DNA of 46,057 nt, taken from NCBI GenBank assembly GCA_038045145.1, contig JBBSYQ010000006.1:1-46057 (forward strand), given 5' to 3'. A model generated the notes under the pieces. It had not been told where the DNA came from, made no database searches, and saw nothing but the letters and a program-made list of their open reading frames with translations. This document shows positions 42,828 through 46,057 of this stretch, piece after piece. Each line of letters begins with the position of its first letter. Position 1 is the first letter of the stretch. Position numbers and translations under genes: made by a program. The stretch comes from Nanobdellota archaeon. Lineage in GTDB: Archaea > Nanobdellota > Nanobdellia > Pacearchaeales > GW2011-AR1.

Positions 42828-43744
42828 TTTAAATTATTTGTGTTTGAAAGTTTAATCAAGTCAAGCCATTTGTTATTGCCAAGTTTTAATTCAGGAATGG
42901 CTAATTTGTAAGGTTCACATCCTATGGCTTGATGTGAACGAATAAAATTATAGTAGATTGAAAGTCCTTTCATAATAGCGTTTCTCGCTTCTATTGAATT
43001 ATGAACGCCTCTGAAAGTTTTTGTCCTTGCTCTTATGTTGCTGTGCATTCTTTCAACTTTATGATTGAAGCCCTCATTTTTTAACTGCGTAACTCTGTTA
43101 TGCAATACATTATGTTTTCCTAATTTATTATTGTAGCCGAAAACCGATTTAACGACTTTCAAATATGCAAAAAATCCGTCTGTCGTGCATATTTTTATTT
43201 GCTCATCAGTTTTTTCTTTGGCTTTCCCAATAACTTTTTTTATTTCATTTCCGCTTCTTGATTTGCAGAAATTAGAAGCAACCATAAAACGAGTTTCAGT
43301 ATCAATAGCGTCAATAAACCAAGAATGATTTTTCTTTCCCTTTCTTCCATATTCCATCTCATCAACCTGCATTTCTTCACCGCAGTTTATTTTTAGATTA
43401 TCAGTGAAGCCATAAATCATTTTAGAATATTTTAAAATCCATTTATAAATTGAAACATTAGAGCTGTTGTGCGGATAGAAAGCCTGCAAATGCTCCTGAA
43501 CTTTTCTCGTTGAAATTCCTCTATAAAATAAATCCAAACATAAAGTTACTTTTTGCGGAGCATTTTTCATTTTCCAAAATCCTAAATCTTCAACAAACCT
43601 TTTTCCACATTCTTGACAGCCGTATCTCTGTATTAATCCTCTGTTCTGTGTTCTTCGCTGTCCTCTTTTTATTATCTTCTCTGAATTGCATTTAGGACAT
43701 TTCAATACTTTTTTATATTCTATGTTGTTGTTTGTTTGCTCCAT
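42824..43744 (-). CDS. DDE transposase, IS6-like, with N-terminal zinc ribbon
   Basis: CPKCNS...CQECGKRF zinc ribbon. The DDE triad context is QVDEM..., ICTTDGFFAY and NHKVERMHSNIRARTK. The C-terminus YYNFIRSHQAIG is typical of IS6-type enzymes. Confidence 0.8.
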   Translation of the reverse strand: MEQTNNNIEYKKVLKCPKCNSEKIIKRGQRRTQNRGLIQRYGCQECGKRFVEDLGFWKMKNAPQKVTLCLDLFYRGISTRKVQEHLQAFYPHNSSNVSIYKWILKYSKMIYGFTDNLKINCGEEMQVDEMEYGRKGKKNHSWFIDAIDTETRFMVASNFCKSRSGNEIKKVIGKAKEKTDEQIKICTTDGFFAYLKVVKSVFGYNNKLGKHNVLHNRVTQLKNEGFNHKVERMHSNIRARTKTFRGVHNSIEARNAIMKGLSIYYNFIRSHQAIGCEPYKLAIPELKLGNNKWLDLIKLSNTNNLK

Positions 43745-43839
43745 ATTACTTAATTAACCTTACTTTATTGAGTATACCTTACTATATAAACCTTTCTCTA
43801 TTAAGGAAGATTTATAAAGAATTATTACTTATGATGTAT

Positions 43840-44007
43840 ATGGCTGAAATAAAAATTAAAGAGTTTGGAAAGACAGCTTATAAATGCAATAAGTGCAATC
43901 ATATTTGGTTTTCTCGTGGAGATGAACGACCTCTAACTTGCCCAAAGTGTAAAACTGCACGCTGGGATAAAGAGCCGAGAAAAAAGAAATCACAATTCAC
44001 TAAATAA
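43840..44007 (+). CDS. small zinc-ribbon protein (55 aa)
   Basis: MAEIKIKEFGKTAYKCNKCNHIWFSRGDERPLTCPKCKTARWDKEPRKKKSQFTK has C-x2-C...C-x2-C. The ATG is about 20-25 nt after TATA 43812-43819. Confidence 0.5.
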   Translation: MAEIKIKEFGKTAYKCNKCNHIWFSRGDERPLTCPKCKTARWDKEPRKKKSQFTK

Positions 44008-44415
44008 CTTTTGAGTTTCTGAAAAATCGTAAACTTTAAACTTAAGAAATGACAACCTCTCTTTCAACAATGAGTTGCCTGTTAAAACACAAAATTTTAC
44101 TTTTTTCCAAAATAATAAACTTGAAGCTTTTACTATAGAATCAACTTCATCTTTAGAAAAAATATCTATTTCCTTGCATGCTCCTAATAGACAACTTAAA
44201 GAAATTGGTAGGGCATTGTTAAAATATTTCTTCTCCATTACTTCTTTTGTTTTAGAAGTTATTAATAGTAATCCATCTTTTTTATTTGCGATTAAATCTG
44301 CAGACATTGTTTGTAATTCTAATAAAGGTTTTCTATTGGGATTATCTCCATCATACATAATTTCAAGATAAGAATCACATATAATGCTGTCTATGATTAT
44401 TAAATCATAGCCCAT
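43990..44415 (-). CDS. PIN-like domain protein (possible VapC-type toxin, degenerate)
   Basis: LIIIDS (first Asp), LLELQ (Glu), LLLITSKT and DEVDSIV appear in PIN-like order. The fourth acidic position (VLTGN) appears lost. Confidence 0.38.
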   Translation of the reverse strand: MGYDLIIIDSIICDSYLEIMYDGDNPNRKPLLELQTMSADLIANKKDGLLLITSKTKEVMEKKYFNNALPISLSCLLGACKEIDIFSKDEVDSIVKASSLLFWKKVKFCVLTGNSLLKERLSFLKFKVYDFSETQKLFSEL

Positions 44416-44416
44416 T

Positions 44417-44635
44417 TTAATCTTCCTTACAAATGGAAAGAATACCTTCTGTTGTCAGCGGTGCTGCGTCTTCTATAAATACAGGAGAGTTTATACTAAC
44501 TTTAAGAATAAGATTATCGTTTTGTCCTGCTTTTTCTATTACAGCTCTTGCTTTAATAGACGTATTCTTCTCGTCAAAATTTATTTCTTTTCTTTTCATA
44601 TATTCTATCTTCATAAATTTGTTTTCCATATACAT
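44417..44635 (-). CDS. small protein upstream of the PIN-like gene (possible antitoxin)
   Basis: 72 aa, ending 1 nt before the PIN-like ATG. The call rests on gene-pair geometry only. Confidence 0.33.
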   Translation of the reverse strand: MYMENKFMKIEYMKRKEINFDEKNTSIKARAVIEKAGQNDNLILKVSINSPVFIEDAAPLTTEGILSICKED

Positions 44636-44761
44636 TTTTCTCCTTTATTATTTATAAACCTTTTCAAAAGAAAAAATAGCTCATAAACTTATTATAATTT
44701 AATCAATCAAATATTTAAATCTTTGTGAAAATTTCATAATTTACAAACCTTACAGGCATTC

Positions 44762-44790
44762 CTAAAAGTCCCGTAGAGTTAGCAATACAT
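44762..44790. repeat. right terminal inverted repeat
   Basis: CTAAAAGTCCCGTAGAGTTAGCAATACAT is the exact reverse complement of 41190-41218. Confidence 0.9.
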
Positions 44791-44930
44791 AAACACGATA
44801 ATCTTTAAAAAGTTCTGATTTTGCCTGACTTGTTAAACAAATAAAATGACTCACTCATCAGTTCGTTCGTAAGATTTTAATTGCTAAATTAGGTATCATA
44901 AAATATGATGAAGTTTGGAGTGATTATTTT

Positions 44931-46057
44931 TTATTGTTTGTTGCCGAATGCTCTTATTACTATGCTGCACTTATTTGGCGCCGGCTGATTTCCATACACA
45001 TCCTTGCACTTTATGTAAAAGTCCGACGATGTTTTCCAGTCTGTGAAATGATTTATTTTGTTTATCGCAGTCATTTTTATTCCGTCTTCTAAAGGATAAG
45101 AACAGTCAACATCATCATAAACACACGATGCCTCTTCATTTGTGATTATCTTTAGGTATCTTTCTTCTTTGTAAGTCCTCACAACAATCGGCGATTCGGT
45201 GTCTGATTCAACATCAAAGTTTATTGTTTTTGAATCCGCGTTTCCGCCGAGGTCAATGCATTTTATGTAATAAATGTAGGATAAATCTCCAAGCAGCCAT
45301 AAATCCTGCGAGTGCTGGTATGAATTTGTGTTGAAGAATGCAACATAATCTTTGTCTTCTCCGGTTTCACTGAAGTAGCATACTGATTTTCCCTCGTCAT
45401 AACCCGCAGATGTTTTTGCGTTTAAAGTTACCTTTACAGTATTTGTTGAATCTTTTACTGTAATATTATTTGGAGATGCAGAATCAATTACCAACGGCTG
45501 TGTTCCCTTAAGGATTAATTTATAAGATTCTTCATTGACATTTCTGTCGCTTGCCTGCTGCGCATTTGGCTGGTCTTTGCATCTGAAATAAAACTCGTTG
45601 TCAAATCTGTCTTTCAGTCCTGTAAGCGTCGCGGAACATGAGTAAAGCATTCTCGCGTTCATTTCAATTGTTCTTAATGAGCATGTCATTGTTTCTTCCA
45701 TTTTGTCGTAACTCTGGTCGCGATGACTCCACTTGCATTCCGCAGGCTCGTTGACAAATAACTGCATATCTACTGAACTCTGATTGTAAGCAATAGGCAT
45801 TTCATTAGGTATGCTCGTCGAATCTATTAAAGGAGGAGTTGTATCAGGACCTTGTTGAACGCAGAATCTGAACACGAAGTTTGCAACATTTGCGTTGCCG
45901 CTTGCATCCCTGCATCTTACGAACAATCCAACTTGTCCGTCGCCAGGCATTTCAATTCCTTCTGATTCAAGATTTTTAGGTCCGGGCAGAGACATTGTTT
46001 GAGTATGGTTGTATATTGATAAAGTAGTTCCCCCGAAGAAATAACTCATGTTCTCAT
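44931..46057 (-). CDS. large extracellular repeat-domain protein, 5' end beyond window
   Basis: At least four ~100-aa repeats each end in a [FY]-x-[FIV]-[RK]-C-x-D-x-x-G-N motif (LFVRCRDASGN, FYFRCKDQPN, YYIKCIDLGGN, FYIKCKDVYGN). The frame stays open to the window edge. Confidence 0.7.
   Translation of the reverse strand, partial: ENMSYFFGGTTLSIYNHTQTMSLPGPKNLESEGIEMPGDGQVGLFVRCRDASGNANVANFVFRFCVQQGPDTTPPLIDSTSIPNEMPIAYNQSSVDMQLFVNEPAECKWSHRDQSYDKMEETMTCSLRTIEMNARMLYSCSATLTGLKDRFDNEFYFRCKDQPNAQQASDRNVNEESYKLILKGTQPLVIDSASPNNITVKDSTNTVKVTLNAKTSAGYDEGKSVCYFSETGEDKDYVAFFNTNSYQHSQDLWLLGDLSYIYYIKCIDLGGNADSKTINFDVESDTESPIVVRTYKEERYLKIITNEEASCVYDDVDCSYPLEDGIKMTAINKINHFTDWKTSSDFYIKCKDVYGNQPAPNKCSIVIRAFGNKQ

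Larger units (their letters stand above)
41190..44790. mobile_element. 3.6-kb IS6-like transposon carrying passenger genes (R-M, PIN-like pair, zinc ribbon)
   Basis: Perfect 29-bp terminal inverted repeats and a 7-bp flanking direct repeat AAACACG (41183-41189 and 44791-44797). A DDE transposase is encoded inside. Confidence 0.85.

Noticed and set aside
1-46057. CRISPR arrays, rRNA genes, prophage structural genes
   Set aside because: No regularly spaced direct repeats, no rRNA-like conserved stretches and no capsid, portal or terminase-like ORFs were seen on either strand.

Overview
AT-rich, very tightly packed archaeal chromosome segment. The archaeal assignment rests on r-proteins and factors of archaeal/eukaryal type: eL40, eL43, P0/P1 stalk, aIF5A, SUI1, Spt5, RpoP, prefoldin beta, and FtsZ plus SepF. 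Short proteins, 4-nt gene overlaps and apparently leaderless promoters look like a reduced DPANN-type genome, but taxonomy cannot be verified without a search.

Layout:
- 1-6.6 kb: core ribosomal operon (uL3 to uS17, minus strand), interrupted by four non-ribosomal ORFs including a DEDDh 3'-5' exonuclease.
- 6.7-13.6 kb: accessory genes, an AI-2E permease, an intron-containing tRNA-Ser(UGA), a 2H-phosphoesterase + XPD/DinG-like helicase operon, and tRNA-Thr with a duplicated 5' fragment.
- 13.8-15.5 kb: uL1-uL10(P0)-P1.
- 16-27 kb: housekeeping genes (S2P protease, eL40, aIF5A, FKBP, FtsZ, SecE, Spt5, uL11, tRNA-Pro, eL43, RpoP, prefoldin beta, SepF) with lineage-specific insertions.
- 27.6-37.5 kb: cell-envelope island with surface proteins, PAP2, a short archaeosortase-like protein, DedA and a 925-aa S-layer candidate.
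- 38.3-46 kb: four type-IV-pilin-like genes, a GNAT and a large repeat-domain protein. This locus is split by a 3.6-kb IS6-like transposon with perfect 29-bp inverted repeats and a 7-bp target duplication. The transposon carries a type II restriction-modification pair, a PIN-like two-gene module and a zinc-ribbon gene.

No rRNA genes or CRISPR arrays were seen. Four conserved genes are missing from the ORF track and were found by hand translation: three are shorter than 60 aa (uL29, eL40, RpoP) and one is cut by the window edge (uS17).
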